From: an uncultured Chloroflexia bacterium
GTDB lineage: Bacteria > Chloroflexota > Limnocylindria > Limnocylindrales > CSP1-4
DNA length: 64,000 nucleotides
Reading direction: 5' to 3'
NCBI GenBank assembly: GCA_963829105.1
Contig: CAWHHF010000023.1
Coordinates: 125,417 to 189,416 of the forward strand
Part shown: positions 47,760 through 58,619 of the stretch, piece after piece
Layout of the letters: each line of letters opens with the position of its first letter
Numbering within the stretch: position 1 is the first letter of the stretch
Notes under the pieces: generated by a model
The model's database searches: none
Seen by the model: the letters and a program-made list of their open reading frames with translations, nothing else
Told to the model about the DNA's origin: nothing
Translations under genes and position numbers: made by a program

Positions 47760-48710
47760 CTACTTGTAGACGAGCGTGCCCTGGTCCTGGAGGGTGATCG
47801 TCAGCTGGCTGTTGGCGATCGCGTAGGACGCGGTGTTGGTCAGCGCGAGGATGTACAGGTCGGAGTACGAGCCCTCGGCGCACGCGACCAGGGTCGTCGG
47901 GCCCGGCACGAGCGAGAGGTCGCCCGATGCCGCCGTCGGGTCGGTGGTGGTGTAGGTCCCGGCAACGGTGTTGCAGTCGGCCTTGGCCGAGAACGTGCCG
48001 TCGGTCTTGAACGTGATGGTGTAGTTGGCCTGCTGGTCCGGGGGCACGACGCCCTGGAACGCGGGGACCTTCTCCGTGATCGCGGTCAGCTGCCATCCCT
48101 TGCCGATGAGCCCGGTGACCGGGCTGGGCGCGGGGGTCGCACCCGGGGCCGTGGTGGGCTTGGCGGTCGGCTTGGCGGTGGGCTTGGCGGTGGGCTTGGC
48201 GGTCGGCTTGGCGGTCGGCTTGGCCGTCGGCGTGGCGGTCGCGGCTGCCGCCGAGGCAGTGGCCGCCGGGGTGGAGCCGGCCGCGACGCCGACCACGAAC
48301 GTGAGGGTGCCCTCGTTGGAGAGGGTGATCGTGAGCGTGTCGTTCGCGATGTTCCAGCTGGCGGCCAGGGTGAGCGCGTGCACGAACAGCGTGTCGAACG
48401 AGCCGTCGGGGCAGAGCGCCATGGTCGTGGTGCCCGGGGTGATGGTGATCCTGTTCGAGCCGCTGGTCGTGTAGGTGCCGCCGATCTGGTTGCAGTCGGC
48501 GGTCCCGGTGAACGTGTTGTCGGTGTTGAACGTGATCTGGTACTTCTCCTGGTCCGCGGGCGGGATGACGCCCTGGAAGGCGGGCGTCTTCTCGGTGATC
48601 GCGGTCAGCTGCCAGTTCTTGCCGGTCAGGGCGCTGGCGCTGCTGCCACCGCAGGCCGCCAGGAGGGCGGTCGTGCCGATGGCGAGGGCGAAGAGCGTGA
48701 GTCGTCGCAT
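47760..48710 (-). CDS. Lipoprotein with two META (HslJ-like) domains and a (PTAK)n linker
   Basis: Lipobox LAAC; two copies of W.L...Y.ITF..D..F...ADCN...G.Y...TT...C; 12-bp repeats at ~48150-48235. Confidence 0.85.
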   Translation of the reverse strand: MRRLTLFALAIGTTALLAACGGSSASALTGKNWQLTAITEKTPAFQGVIPPADQEKYQITFNTDNTFTGTADCNQIGGTYTTSGSNRITITPGTTTMALCPDGSFDTLFVHALTLAASWNIANDTLTITLSNEGTLTFVVGVAAGSTPAATASAAAATATPTAKPTAKPTAKPTAKPTAKPTAKPTTAPGATPAPSPVTGLIGKGWQLTAITEKVPAFQGVVPPDQQANYTITFKTDGTFSAKADCNTVAGTYTTTDPTAASGDLSLVPGPTTLVACAEGSYSDLYILALTNTASYAIANSQLTITLQDQGTLVYK

Positions 48711-48944
48711 GTGCTGGCTCCTGGGTGGGATGTCCGGTTGTGCAGGGGTGGACCCGGGGCGCTCTCGACGAGCGAGCTCGAGACAACGAGGTTACAGCCG
48801 CCGATGATCGGACGGCTGTGATCGGGCGGCATCGTCCGATCAGGATGACATCGCGGTGGGGCAGCGCAGCCCGCCAACAGGTCCGGTGAGCCACGTCGGT
48901 CCGGTGAGACGCGTCTCGAGACGCGCTGCCGGTTCGCGGCGACG

Positions 48945-51900
48945 CTACCCCGGCTCGGTCGTCTCCCAGCCCAGCACGATCCGGACGCGGTGCGCCGCGC
49001 CGTCGTCGGCGAGCGGGACGGCCGCCCCGGGACCCTCGAGGATCTGCCCGTCCAGCCACGCCGAGGCGATCCCGCCGCTCACGCCGTGCGGGTTCTCGAC
49101 GACGATCTCGTAGCGGCTGGAGTGGTAGCGGAAGTCGATCTCGTAGCCCGGCCACGCCCGGGGGATGGCGGGCGAGACCAGGAGTGTGGTCCCCCGCACC
49201 CGAAAGCCGAGGATCGATCCGACGCCGGCCTGGTACATCCACCCGGCCGACCCGGTGTACCAGGTCCACCCGCCGCGGCCGACGTGCGAGGGCTCTGCGT
49301 ACACGTCGGCGGCCATGACGTACGGCTCCACCTTGTAGCGGTGCACGCCGGCCCGCGTGCTGGCGTGGTTGATCGGGTTCAGGAGCGAGAACAGCTCCCC
49401 CGCCTTGTCGCCATCGCCGAGCTCGGCGAAGGCCAGCGCAGACCAGATGGCGGCGTGCGTGTACTGGCCCCCGTTCTCCCGGACGCCCGGCAGGTAGCCC
49501 TTGATGTACCCCGGGTCAACCTCGGACCGGTCGAACGGCGGGGCGAACAGCAGGAGGAGCCCATCGCCGCGGCGGACGAGGTACTCCTCGACGGCCGCCA
49601 TCGCTCGACGAGCGCGATCCGGATCCCCGGCCCCGGACAGCACGCTCCAGGACTGGGCGATGGAGTCGATGCGGCACTCGGCGTTCAAGACGGACCCGAG
49701 CGGCGTGCCGTCATCGAAGAAGGCGCGGCGGTACCAGTCGCCATCCCACCCGTCCCGCTCCAGCGCCTCTCCGAGGGCCTGCGCATGTGCCTGCCAGCGG
49801 ACAACCCGTTCCCGTTCACCGCGCGCCTCGGCGATGGGCACGAACTCGCCGATCACGACGTGCAGGAACCAGCCGAGCCACACGCTCTCGCCTCGACCCT
49901 CCTGGCCGACCCGGTTCATGCCGTCGTTCCAGTCACCCGACCCCATCAACGGCAGGCCATGCTCGCCCACGCCGAGGCTGACATCGATGGCCCTCGCGCA
50001 GTGCTCGAACAGGGACGCCGAACCGGCGGCAGCATCGGGCTGGAAGTACGCGTCCACCTGCCCGGCCGCGAGCCCTGGCCCCTCGATGAACGGCACCGTC
50101 TCGTCCAGGACCGCGGAATCGCCCGTCACGGCCAGGTAGCGGCTGGCCACGTACGGCAGCCACAGCCGGTCGTCCGAGATCCGCGTCCGGACGCCTCGAC
50201 CGGACGGGGGATGCCACCAGTGCTGGACGTCGCCCTCGGGGAACTGGCGGGCCGCGGCCCGCAGGAGCTGCTCCCGCGGCAGGTCCGGCCGGGCCGTCGT
50301 CAGCGCCATGACGTCCTGGAGCTGGTCGCGGAACCCGTAGGCGCCCCCGGCCTGATACAGGGCCGTCCTCGCCCAGACCCGGCACGACAACGTCTGGTAG
50401 AGGAGCCAGGCGTTGAGCATGATGTCCATCGAACGGTCCGGGGTCCGGACCTGGACGTTGGCCACCAGGTCGTCCCAGCGAGTCCTCACCCTGTGCAGGG
50501 TCGCCGCATGATCGGCCGCTCGCGCGCGCCCGATCAATTCAACGGCGGCACCGGCGCTCATCGCCTCCCCGAGCAGGACCACCACCTGCGTCCGTCCGCC
50601 GTCCGCCAGCTCGAAGCCCGTCTGCAGGGCGGCGCAGGGATCCAGGCCGGCCCCCACGGAGCCCCGCAGCCGGTGGCCGCGCTCGAGCCCGGCCGGTCGG
50701 TCGAGGGCGCCGTTGCGCCCCAGGAACTCCGTCCGGTCGGCCGTCCAGGCGGTCTGGCGCCCGCCCAGGTCGAGGAACGCCACCCGGCCGGCGAACTCCG
50801 TGTTCCACGCGTTGCGGGCAAGGATGGCGCCGGTCGTCACGTCGATGCTGGTCACGACCTGCGGTGCGGCCCCGCCCCGTGCCGCGCCGAGCAGCCACTC
50901 CGCGTACGCGGTCACCGACAGCCGCCGGGAGCGGCCGGACCGGTTCTCGATGGTCAGCACCGAGACCTTGACCGGCTCGTCCGCTGGCACGAACTGCACC
51001 AGGTCGAGATGCACGCCGTCATGCTCATGCTCGAAACGGCTGTAGCCCATCCCGTGCCCGGCAAGGTAGGTCGACTCCTCGTCGCGGATCGGGAGAGCCG
51101 TGGCGGTCCACACCGAGCCGTCGTCGTCGTCGCGGATGTAGATCGCCTCCCCGGGCGGATCAGCCACCGGGTCGTTGGACCACGGGGTGAGCTGGTTCTC
51201 ACGGCTGTTCCCGGACCACGTGTAGCCGGAGCCGGATTCCGAGACGGTGAACCCGAAGGACTCGTTCGCGACGACGTTGAGCCAGGGCGCCGGCGTGGAT
51301 TGCCCGGGGCCGAGGACCGTCACGTATTCCCGGCCTCCGTCGGCGAACCCGCCGAGCCCGTTGAAGAACTCGAGCTCCGGACGCGGCGGCGTGACCGGCG
51401 GCTCGCGGCGCGCGGCGGCCGGCGCGGGTCGGGCGCGGAGCACCCTGGCCGGCCGCTCGAGCCGCAGCACCTGGTCGGCCAGGGAGCCGCCACGGCTCAG
51501 CAGGACCGCCCGTGCCGCCGCCTGCAGGAGCGTCCGATCGTCGGGTGTGAGGTGGTCCCCGCGCAGGATGAACACCCCGCCCCGGGCGTAGGCCTGGTCG
51601 GGGCGAACGGCGGACTGGCTCGTCCGGACCGCGGTCTCGAGCACGTCCTGGAGTTCCTGGGCGTACGAGAGCCCGTGCTCGTTGATGATCACGAGATCGA
51701 CGTCCAGGAGCTTCAGCCGCCAGTACTCGTGCGCCCGCAACAGCTGGCGCACGATGTCGATGTCCTCGGCCTGGTCGATCCGGACGAGGACGATCGGCAG
51801 ATCACCCGAGATGCCGTGCACCCACAGCCCCGGTGCACCCCGCTCGTTGCGGGCCAGCACGCTGGGCGCGGGTCGCAGGGTGAGGTCGGAGTACAGGACG

Positions 51901-54900
51901 CGGTTGGCGAGTCGCTGGAACAGGTGCGCCTCGTCCGCCTCGATGCCCAGGTGCCGGAGCTGGACCTGCGCCTGGGTCCAGGCAAGCGTCGCGGCGCGCT
52001 CGAAGGTGGCGCTCTCGCGGTACTTGTCCGCCAGGTCCAGGACGTCCTCGCGGGATTCCGCCACCACGGTCGAGAAGGTGACGTGCACGGTCGAGCCCGC
52101 GGCCACCGACACCCGGCAGCGGAGGCTGAAGATCGGGTCCAGCACGGCGCCGACCGTGTTCGACAACGGCCGGCCGTCCAGGACCGAGACGGGAGACCGC
52201 ACGGTCCGGCCTCGCCCGAGGAAACGGGCCCGGTCCGTCTCGTACTGCAGGGCCGCCGGCGCCTGGTCCTCCACCACGAGGACGTGCGCGGCCCAGACCT
52301 GCCGCTCGTCCTTCGACCGCGGTCGCCTCGTGGCGAGGAGCGCGCCGATCTCGGGGACGTACTCCGTCTGGACGAACAGGTTCCCGAAGGCGGGATGGGC
52401 GACGTCCGCCGCAAGGGGCGCGAGGACGATCTCGGCGTACGAGGTGAGCTCGATCTCGCGGGCATGCGAGCCGACGTTGGTCAGCGACACGCGCCGGATC
52501 TCGGCATCGTTCTCCCCGGACACGACGATGGTCATGGCCGTCACGATCGAGCCGTCCCGGCGCGAGAACTCGGCGTGCTCCTCCGAATAGCTCACGTCGT
52601 AGCTGTCCGCCTCGACGCCCCGGGGCTGGTGACCCGCCGACCAGACGGCCCCGCTCCCCGTGTCCCGCAGGTAGAGGTAGCTGCCCCACGCGTCCCGGGT
52701 CACGTCCTCGCGCCAGCGGGTGACCGCGAGATCGCCCCACCGGCTGTAGCCCGATCCCGCGGCCGTCACCATGACGGCGTAGCGGCCGTTCGAGAGCAGG
52801 TGGGTTCGTGGCGTCTGGTCGTGGGGCGAGGTGAAGCGTCTCAGGACCGGCGGGACGAGGTCGCGCACCTCCGCGGCGCTCTTGACCTCGTCGGCGCGCG
52901 GGCGGGCAACGAGGACGTCGCGCGGCATCCGCTCCTGGAGCAGGAGCTCGGTCGCCTGGACGATCGGCGCGGCATGGAAGCGGCGGACCATCGCCCGGTC
53001 GTTGAGGACGTTGCCGATCGCGACCAGCATCATCCCCTGGTGGTGCGCCATGTAGCTCTTCACGACCGCGACCGACTCCCCCTCGGGCAACCGTCGCGCC
53101 GTGTAGTCGAGCGCCTCGTGGAGCCCGAACCGCCCGCCCGCCCCGGCGGCGCCCAGCCTGACCAGGTTCGCGACGGCAGCCTCGGGCTGGACCATGGCGG
53201 CGAGCGCCGTCGCGTACGGGGCGATGACGACGTCCTCGGCCAGACCGCGCTTCAGACCGAGCCCGGGGACGCCGAAGCTCGAGTACTGGTAGGTCTGGTC
53301 GAGGTCCCGCGCGTTGAGGGCCGACTCCGAGATCCCCCACGGCACGCCTCGCTCGGCCGCGTAGCTCACCTGGCGCGCCACGACGAGCCCGTAGGTCTGG
53401 TCGAGCAGGCTGCCGGCGGGCGCGTCCATGACCAGCGCGGGCATGAGGTACTCGAACATGCTCCCCGACCACGAGACGAGCGCCGAGCCCCGGCCCACGG
53501 GCGTGAGGGCTCGACCGAGGTGGAACCAGTGCTCGACCGGCACGTCGCCCTTGGCGATCGCGAGGAAGCTGGTGGTCCGGGCCTCCGATGCGAGCAGGTC
53601 GTAGTAGCTGGGATCCAGCGAGCCGTCGGCGACCCGGTACCCGATCGAGAACAGCTTCCGGGTCGGGTCGAACAGGAACCCGAACTCGGTCTCCGCGAAC
53701 AGCTCCATCGCGCGACGGGAGATGGCCGCCAGCCGGCGGGCGACGACGCCGCCGACGCTCCCGTCGCCCCCCGTCCCGACGGGCTGCATGTCGAGCAGCT
53801 CGCCCAGCGTCGGGAACGCCGGGGAGGCGGCATCCCCGGGGTCGAGGTCCAAGGCCGGCCGCAGCAGCTCCATGTCCCGCACGTGACTCTCGACGGTCCG
53901 GCCGACGCTCCCGGCCCAAGTGTCGAACTCGCTCCCGGCGGGGTCGCCGCGCTCCGCCGTGAGCGCGGCCGCGACGTCGGCGAGGGTGCGCGCGTCCGCC
54001 CCCAGCCGGGTCAGCAGGTCCGCCCAGGCGGCGGGCGTCGCGGGGTCCGGCAGGTCCGCGAACGACGCGATCGCCTCGCCGACGTTGCGCAGACCAAGCG
54101 TCTGCGTCCGTCGCGCGTCGCCCATCGCCCCGGCCGCCTCGCCGGTGAGGTCCAGGGCGTCACGCACGCCGGCAAGGGCCCTTGCGACGGGGAGCGGCTG
54201 GTCCAGCATCTCGTAGCACCCGTTCGCGACCACCAGCAGCGCCGCACACAGGTTCCCGCTGTCGACCGACGAGACGTACGGCGGGTCGAGCGGGCGCAGG
54301 TCCCGGGTGTCATACCAGTTGTAGAGATGGCCCCGATGGCGCTCGAGCCGGCCGATGGTGGCCAGCGTCGCCTCCAGCCGCTCGACGGCCTCCGTCGTCC
54401 CGATCCATCCGAAGTCGCGAGCGGTCAGGATCGCCAGCAGGTACATGCCGATGTTCGTCGGCGACGTGCGGTGGGCGACGACCTCCTGCGGTTCCTCCTG
54501 GATGTTGTCCGGGGGAAGCGCGTGGTTCGCCGGTCCCACGAACTCCTCGAAGAACCGCCACGTCCGACGGCCCAGGAGCCGGAGGCCGTGGGCGTCGATC
54601 GTCGACACCTGGCGCCCCGGCGCGGCGGGGGGCGGCATGCTGACCCAGCGGGCAACGGCGGGCGAGAGCAGCCAGAGCACGACGAACGGGAGGGCAACCG
54701 GGAGGGCCGAGGGTTTCAGGAGCGCCACCACGAGACCGGTCAGGGTCGCAATCAGCACGCCCCCGGCCATCCGCCGGTAGAACCCCCGCAGGTCGAGATC
54801 GAGGCTGCGCCTGGTCTGCGACGCGGTCGTCCACTCCAGGAGGTTGCGCCGCGTGATCGCGAGCCGCAGCAGCGTGCGCACGATGGCGTCCATCATCAGC

Positions 54901-57764
54901 GCGGCCTGGGCGGCGAGGAGCGTGATGTCGAGGCCGACCTGCGTGGCCGCGACCGCCATGTCCGAGGCGACCGCGCGCACGTGGCTGCGTTTCGAGATGC
55001 TCTGCCGGCGAGGCAGCAGGCCTTCGGCCACGGGGAGCGCGGCGGGGATGATCAGGGCCCCGAGGACGAACGCCGTCCAGGCCGCGGCGGGCACGGATGG
55101 GACGGTCCACGCGACGAACAGGGTCGCGATCGTCAGGGGCGCAGACAGCGTCCGTCGCAGGTTGTCCAGCATCTTCCAGCGGGCAAGGCCGGGAACCCCA
55201 CCCCGGGCGCGCGATCCGTCCGCGTCCCGGGCGCGCCCGAGGATCCAGGGCAGCAGCTGCCAGTCGCCGCGCGCCCAGCGGTGCTGGCGTGCCGCGGCCT
55301 CGAGGTAGTGGGACGGGAACTCGTCGAACAGCTCGACGTCGGTGACCAGCCCGGCGCGCGCGAATGTGCCCTCGAACAGGTCGTGGCTCAGGAGCGCGTT
55401 CTCGGGAACCCTGCCCTTGAGCGCCTGCTCGAACGCGTCGACCTCGTAGATGCCCTTGCCCGTGTAGCTCCCCTCGCCGAACAGGTCCTGGTACACGTCC
55501 GAGACGGCCGAGGAGTAGGGATCGATGCCGGCCGGCCCCGAGTAGACGCGCTGGAAGACCGAGGCGTCCCGCTCGGCCGGGAGGGTGGGCGTGATGCGCG
55601 GCTGGAGGATCCCGTACCCCTGCATGACCCGGCCTCGCGCCGGATCGAACCTGGGACGGTTCAGCGGGTGGGCGATGGTGCCCACGAGACGGCTCACGGC
55701 CCCGCGCGGCAGGCGCGTGTCGGCGTCGAGGGTCACGACGTACCGGACGCCCTCGGGCGGCGTGGAGGCTGCCCGCCCGGAGGTGAGGATGTCGGTCTCG
55801 CGGTAGCCGCGCAGCAGGGCGTTCAGATCGTGCAGCTTGCCGCGCTTGCGCTCCCAGCCCATCCAGCTGCCCTCGGCCTCGTTCCAGCGCCGCCGGCGGT
55901 GGAAGAGGAGGAACCGCGCCCCACCGCCCGGAGCCTCGCCGTGCCGGGCATTGAGACGGTCCACGGCGGCGGCCGCGGCGGAGAGCAGCTCCTCGTCGCC
56001 GTCCACGTGCTCGGTCGGGGCATCGAGCCAGTCCGACAGCAGGGCGAACCGGATGTCCCCGTCCGGGTTGCCCAGGAAGTGGATCTCGAGCCGGTGCACC
56101 TGTTCCTCGACGTCCGCCTCGCTCACCAGCAGCGTCGGGACCGCCACCAGCGTCCGCAGCTCCGTCGGGACGCCCTCCTTGAGCTCGAGCCGCGGCAACG
56201 CCGACGGGCCGAGCGTCCGGGTGACGATCCGGTTGACGAGCGCCACCGCGAGGTCCGAGGCGGGTCCGAGGGCCAGGATGCCGAGCAGGAGCATGGCCGG
56301 GCCGGTCCCTCCCGCACCCGCGAGCAGCGGCAAGGCCACGAGCAGGACCGTCCCCAGCACGACGGACGCCACGTAGGGTCGAGCCGAGGCGCCGAAGGCC
56401 CGCCGCACACGACCGCCCATCGGCTCCGGCGCGCCCAGCGACCGCGCGAATGCCGGACGTCCCTCGCCGATGAGGTAGTAGCCGGCATCTGACTCCCGCC
56501 CCTGGTCCGCGTCGGGCGGACGGACGGCACCGCCGGTGGCGAGCGGAGGCGCGCCTGCGGCGTCGGCGGCCCCTGCCGCACGGACGGCTGCGTCGGCGGC
56601 CCCTGCCGTACGGACGGCTGCGTCGACGACCCCTGCCGCACGGACGGCTGCGTCGGCGGCCTCTGCCGCCTGGACGGCTCCCACCGCAACCTCGACCTCG
56701 GACCGGCCGGAACTGCGCGCCAGCACCTCGACCGCATGGCGGTACCGGTCCCGGGTGGTGAAGTCCATCGCGGCGAACATGCCGTCGGAGCGGAGGGTCT
56801 CGTCCACCAGGCTGGTGCTCTCCACGAAGGTGGCCCAGTCGAACCACGAGAGCAGCCGCATGCTCGTGATCACGTTGCGCACCGTGACGTTCATCTCCGC
56901 CTGGCGCTGGTGCTCGCGGCGGACGGTCTCCTCGGCCGTCGTACCCTCGGCGAGGAGACGGTCCTCGAGCCAGCCCAGGGCGGGGGTCGTTGCCGGATCC
57001 TGGTCACGCAGCCGCTGGAAGAGCTGGACGCGGGCCGCCGTGGGGAGCCGGTCATCGGTGAGACGGGGCACCGCCCTGGACCCGTTGCGCCGCCCGTCGG
57101 CACCGAGGCCCAGCAGTCGGTCCGCCAGGTCGTCGGCCATCTCGCGTGCCGCCCGACCCCTGACGATCTGGTCGGCCGTGCGCCGGAGGTTCTCGACCAG
57201 GACGATCCGGAGGCTGATGGCGATCGCCCACAGCTCGCCGATCGTCAGCGGCTGGACGCGCTGGTAGGCAGCCACCATCCTGCGCAGGGTCTCGGCGTCA
57301 AAGCGGCTGTCGGTGTGCGCGACGTAGGCCCACGCGAGACCCAACACGCGCGGGTAGCCGGCGAGGTGGCCCTCGGCGAGCTTGGGGAGCTCCCGGTAGT
57401 AGGTGTTGGGGAGGTCGTCGCGGATCTCGCGGACCTGCTCCTCGACGATGTGGAAGTTGTCGACGAGCCATTCCGCGGCCGGCGTGATCGACCGCTCCTC
57501 GCGGATCGAGCCCGCCAGGGTGCGGTACGTCTCGAGCAGGACGCGCCCGTTGTCGGACAGCCGGGGGAGGATTGGACGGCCCCGGCTGGGGTCGTCCGTG
57601 ACGGCCTGCGCCACGGCCAGCGATTCGGCGTGCTGCTCCAGGCGCTCGGCGCTGAACAGCTCCGCGACGATCGGCTCGTCGGCATCGCCGAGGGGGTCCG
57701 GCGCCTGCCTGGTCGGCCATCGAGCGCTCACGCGCCGGTCCGGGCGACCACTGGGGGGCTGCAC
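48945..57764 (-). CDS. ndvB: Cyclic beta-1,2-glucan synthase (Cgs/NdvB/ChvB; GT84 + glucoamylase-like/GH189 + GH94 phosphorylase domains)
   Basis: [100 protein letters not shown]. Start uncertain. Confidence 0.92.
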   Translation of the reverse strand: MQPPSGRPDRRVSARWPTRQAPDPLGDADEPIVAELFSAERLEQHAESLAVAQAVTDDPSRGRPILPRLSDNGRVLLETYRTLAGSIREERSITPAAEWLVDNFHIVEEQVREIRDDLPNTYYRELPKLAEGHLAGYPRVLGLAWAYVAHTDSRFDAETLRRMVAAYQRVQPLTIGELWAIAISLRIVLVENLRRTADQIVRGRAAREMADDLADRLLGLGADGRRNGSRAVPRLTDDRLPTAARVQLFQRLRDQDPATTPALGWLEDRLLAEGTTAEETVRREHQRQAEMNVTVRNVITSMRLLSWFDWATFVESTSLVDETLRSDGMFAAMDFTTRDRYRHAVEVLARSSGRSEVEVAVGAVQAAEAADAAVRAAGVVDAAVRTAGAADAAVRAAGAADAAGAPPLATGGAVRPPDADQGRESDAGYYLIGEGRPAFARSLGAPEPMGGRVRRAFGASARPYVASVVLGTVLLVALPLLAGAGGTGPAMLLLGILALGPASDLAVALVNRIVTRTLGPSALPRLELKEGVPTELRTLVAVPTLLVSEADVEEQVHRLEIHFLGNPDGDIRFALLSDWLDAPTEHVDGDEELLSAAAAAVDRLNARHGEAPGGGARFLLFHRRRRWNEAEGSWMGWERKRGKLHDLNALLRGYRETDILTSGRAASTPPEGVRYVVTLDADTRLPRGAVSRLVGTIAHPLNRPRFDPARGRVMQGYGILQPRITPTLPAERDASVFQRVYSGPAGIDPYSSAVSDVYQDLFGEGSYTGKGIYEVDAFEQALKGRVPENALLSHDLFEGTFARAGLVTDVELFDEFPSHYLEAAARQHRWARGDWQLLPWILGRARDADGSRARGGVPGLARWKMLDNLRRTLSAPLTIATLFVAWTVPSVPAAAWTAFVLGALIIPAALPVAEGLLPRRQSISKRSHVRAVASDMAVAATQVGLDITLLAAQAALMMDAIVRTLLRLAITRRNLLEWTTASQTRRSLDLDLRGFYRRMAGGVLIATLTGLVVALLKPSALPVALPFVVLWLLSPAVARWVSMPPPAAPGRQVSTIDAHGLRLLGRRTWRFFEEFVGPANHALPPDNIQEEPQEVVAHRTSPTNIGMYLLAILTARDFGWIGTTEAVERLEATLATIGRLERHRGHLYNWYDTRDLRPLDPPYVSSVDSGNLCAALLVVANGCYEMLDQPLPVARALAGVRDALDLTGEAAGAMGDARRTQTLGLRNVGEAIASFADLPDPATPAAWADLLTRLGADARTLADVAAALTAERGDPAGSEFDTWAGSVGRTVESHVRDMELLRPALDLDPGDAASPAFPTLGELLDMQPVGTGGDGSVGGVVARRLAAISRRAMELFAETEFGFLFDPTRKLFSIGYRVADGSLDPSYYDLLASEARTTSFLAIAKGDVPVEHWFHLGRALTPVGRGSALVSWSGSMFEYLMPALVMDAPAGSLLDQTYGLVVARQVSYAAERGVPWGISESALNARDLDQTYQYSSFGVPGLGLKRGLAEDVVIAPYATALAAMVQPEAAVANLVRLGAAGAGGRFGLHEALDYTARRLPEGESVAVVKSYMAHHQGMMLVAIGNVLNDRAMVRRFHAAPIVQATELLLQERMPRDVLVARPRADEVKSAAEVRDLVPPVLRRFTSPHDQTPRTHLLSNGRYAVMVTAAGSGYSRWGDLAVTRWREDVTRDAWGSYLYLRDTGSGAVWSAGHQPRGVEADSYDVSYSEEHAEFSRRDGSIVTAMTIVVSGENDAEIRRVSLTNVGSHAREIELTSYAEIVLAPLAADVAHPAFGNLFVQTEYVPEIGALLATRRPRSKDERQVWAAHVLVVEDQAPAALQYETDRARFLGRGRTVRSPVSVLDGRPLSNTVGAVLDPIFSLRCRVSVAAGSTVHVTFSTVVAESREDVLDLADKYRESATFERAATLAWTQAQVQLRHLGIEADEAHLFQRLANRVLYSDLTLRPAPSVLARNERGAPGLWVHGISGDLPIVLVRIDQAEDIDIVRQLLRAHEYWRLKLLDVDLVIINEHGLSYAQELQDVLETAVRTSQSAVRPDQAYARGGVFILRGDHLTPDDRTLLQAAARAVLLSRGGSLADQVLRLERPARVLRARPAPAAARREPPVTPPRPELEFFNGLGGFADGGREYVTVLGPGQSTPAPWLNVVANESFGFTVSESGSGYTWSGNSRENQLTPWSNDPVADPPGEAIYIRDDDDGSVWTATALPIRDEESTYLAGHGMGYSRFEHEHDGVHLDLVQFVPADEPVKVSVLTIENRSGRSRRLSVTAYAEWLLGAARGGAAPQVVTSIDVTTGAILARNAWNTEFAGRVAFLDLGGRQTAWTADRTEFLGRNGALDRPAGLERGHRLRGSVGAGLDPCAALQTGFELADGGRTQVVVLLGEAMSAGAAVELIGRARAADHAATLHRVRTRWDDLVANVQVRTPDRSMDIMLNAWLLYQTLSCRVWARTALYQAGGAYGFRDQLQDVMALTTARPDLPREQLLRAAARQFPEGDVQHWWHPPSGRGVRTRISDDRLWLPYVASRYLAVTGDSAVLDETVPFIEGPGLAAGQVDAYFQPDAAAGSASLFEHCARAIDVSLGVGEHGLPLMGSGDWNDGMNRVGQEGRGESVWLGWFLHVVIGEFVPIAEARGERERVVRWQAHAQALGEALERDGWDGDWYRRAFFDDGTPLGSVLNAECRIDSIAQSWSVLSGAGDPDRARRAMAAVEEYLVRRGDGLLLLFAPPFDRSEVDPGYIKGYLPGVRENGGQYTHAAIWSALAFAELGDGDKAGELFSLLNPINHASTRAGVHRYKVEPYVMAADVYAEPSHVGRGGWTWYTGSAGWMYQAGVGSILGFRVRGTTLLVSPAIPRAWPGYEIDFRYHSSRYEIVVENPHGVSGGIASAWLDGQILEGPGAAVPLADDGAAHRVRIVLGWETTEPG
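56560..56679 (-). repeat. In-frame 30-bp tandem repeat (4 copies) inside the glucan synthase
   Basis: Variants of GCGTCGGCGGCCCCTGCCGCACGGACGGCT encoding [10 protein letters not shown]-like units. Confidence 0.8.
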
Positions 57765-58085
57765 CGGCGCCTCAGTGGGCGGCCGGGTCTCGCCGCCCCG
57801 CCGTCTCCATCTTCATGAGCGGATCATACAGGCGCCCACGAGCCCACCCCGATCCCCACCATGTCCGGGCCCCAGATGCACCGTCGCCCGACGCGTGCAT
57901 GGGCCAGCCGGCACCCCGGGCGGGTCACGACCGGCACCCCCGACGGGTGACGCGCCGAGCCATCCCCGTCCGGATAGCCCTAGTGCGCGCCCCCGCAGAA
58001 CCGCAGGCTGGGCGTGTCGCCGTGTGTCATGGGCCACGTCATCGCGGTCCGCAGGCACGGCTTCCGTCTTGAATTGGAGGGCTCG

Positions 58086-58619
58086 ATGACCACGGCCGTC
58101 GTGGTGGCGCTGCCGCACCTGGAGAACCAGGACCTGGTCGACCGGATCATCGCCGATCAGGCCGGCCGGCCAGGCGCACTGCTCGGCATCCTCGAGAAGC
58201 TGCAGGACCAGAACCGCCACAAGTACCTGCCGATGCAGACGCTCGAGTACGTCGCGGCGCGCACGGGCATCCCGCAGTCGCAGGTCTACGGCGTCGCCAC
58301 GTTCTACGCCCTGTTCAACCTCGAACCGCAGGGTACCCACACCGTGGCCATCTGCCGCGGCACCGCCTGCCACACCCGCGGATCCCGGGCGCTGCTCGAG
58401 CGTGTGAAGCTCCAGCTCGGCCTGCAGGAGACCCGTGACGGTGCCGACAAGCTGACGCTGACCACGCCCGACCGGCGCTTCACCATCCGCACCGTCGCCT
58501 GCTTCGGGCAGTGTGCCCTCGCCCCGGTGGTCGAGATCGACCACGCGGTCCGCGGGCACGTCAAGGAGCAGGCGCTGACGCGCGAGGTCGACGCCCTGCG
58601 CAAGGAGAGCGCGCGATGA
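58086..58619 (+). CDS. hoxE: Bidirectional hydrogenase diaphorase subunit E (NuoE-like)
   Basis: VYGVATFY, CRGTAC, ACFGQCALAP [2Fe-2S]; GGAGG RBS. Confidence 0.88.
   Translation: MTTAVVVALPHLENQDLVDRIIADQAGRPGALLGILEKLQDQNRHKYLPMQTLEYVAARTGIPQSQVYGVATFYALFNLEPQGTHTVAICRGTACHTRGSRALLERVKLQLGLQETRDGADKLTLTTPDRRFTIRTVACFGQCALAPVVEIDHAVRGHVKEQALTREVDALRKESAR

Noticed and set aside
48990-56492. 2500-aa plus-strand ORF and other long antisense ORFs (e.g. 11807-14911, 59049-61880, 2828-4924)
   Set aside because: Antisense shadows of real high-GC genes; no motifs and biased composition.
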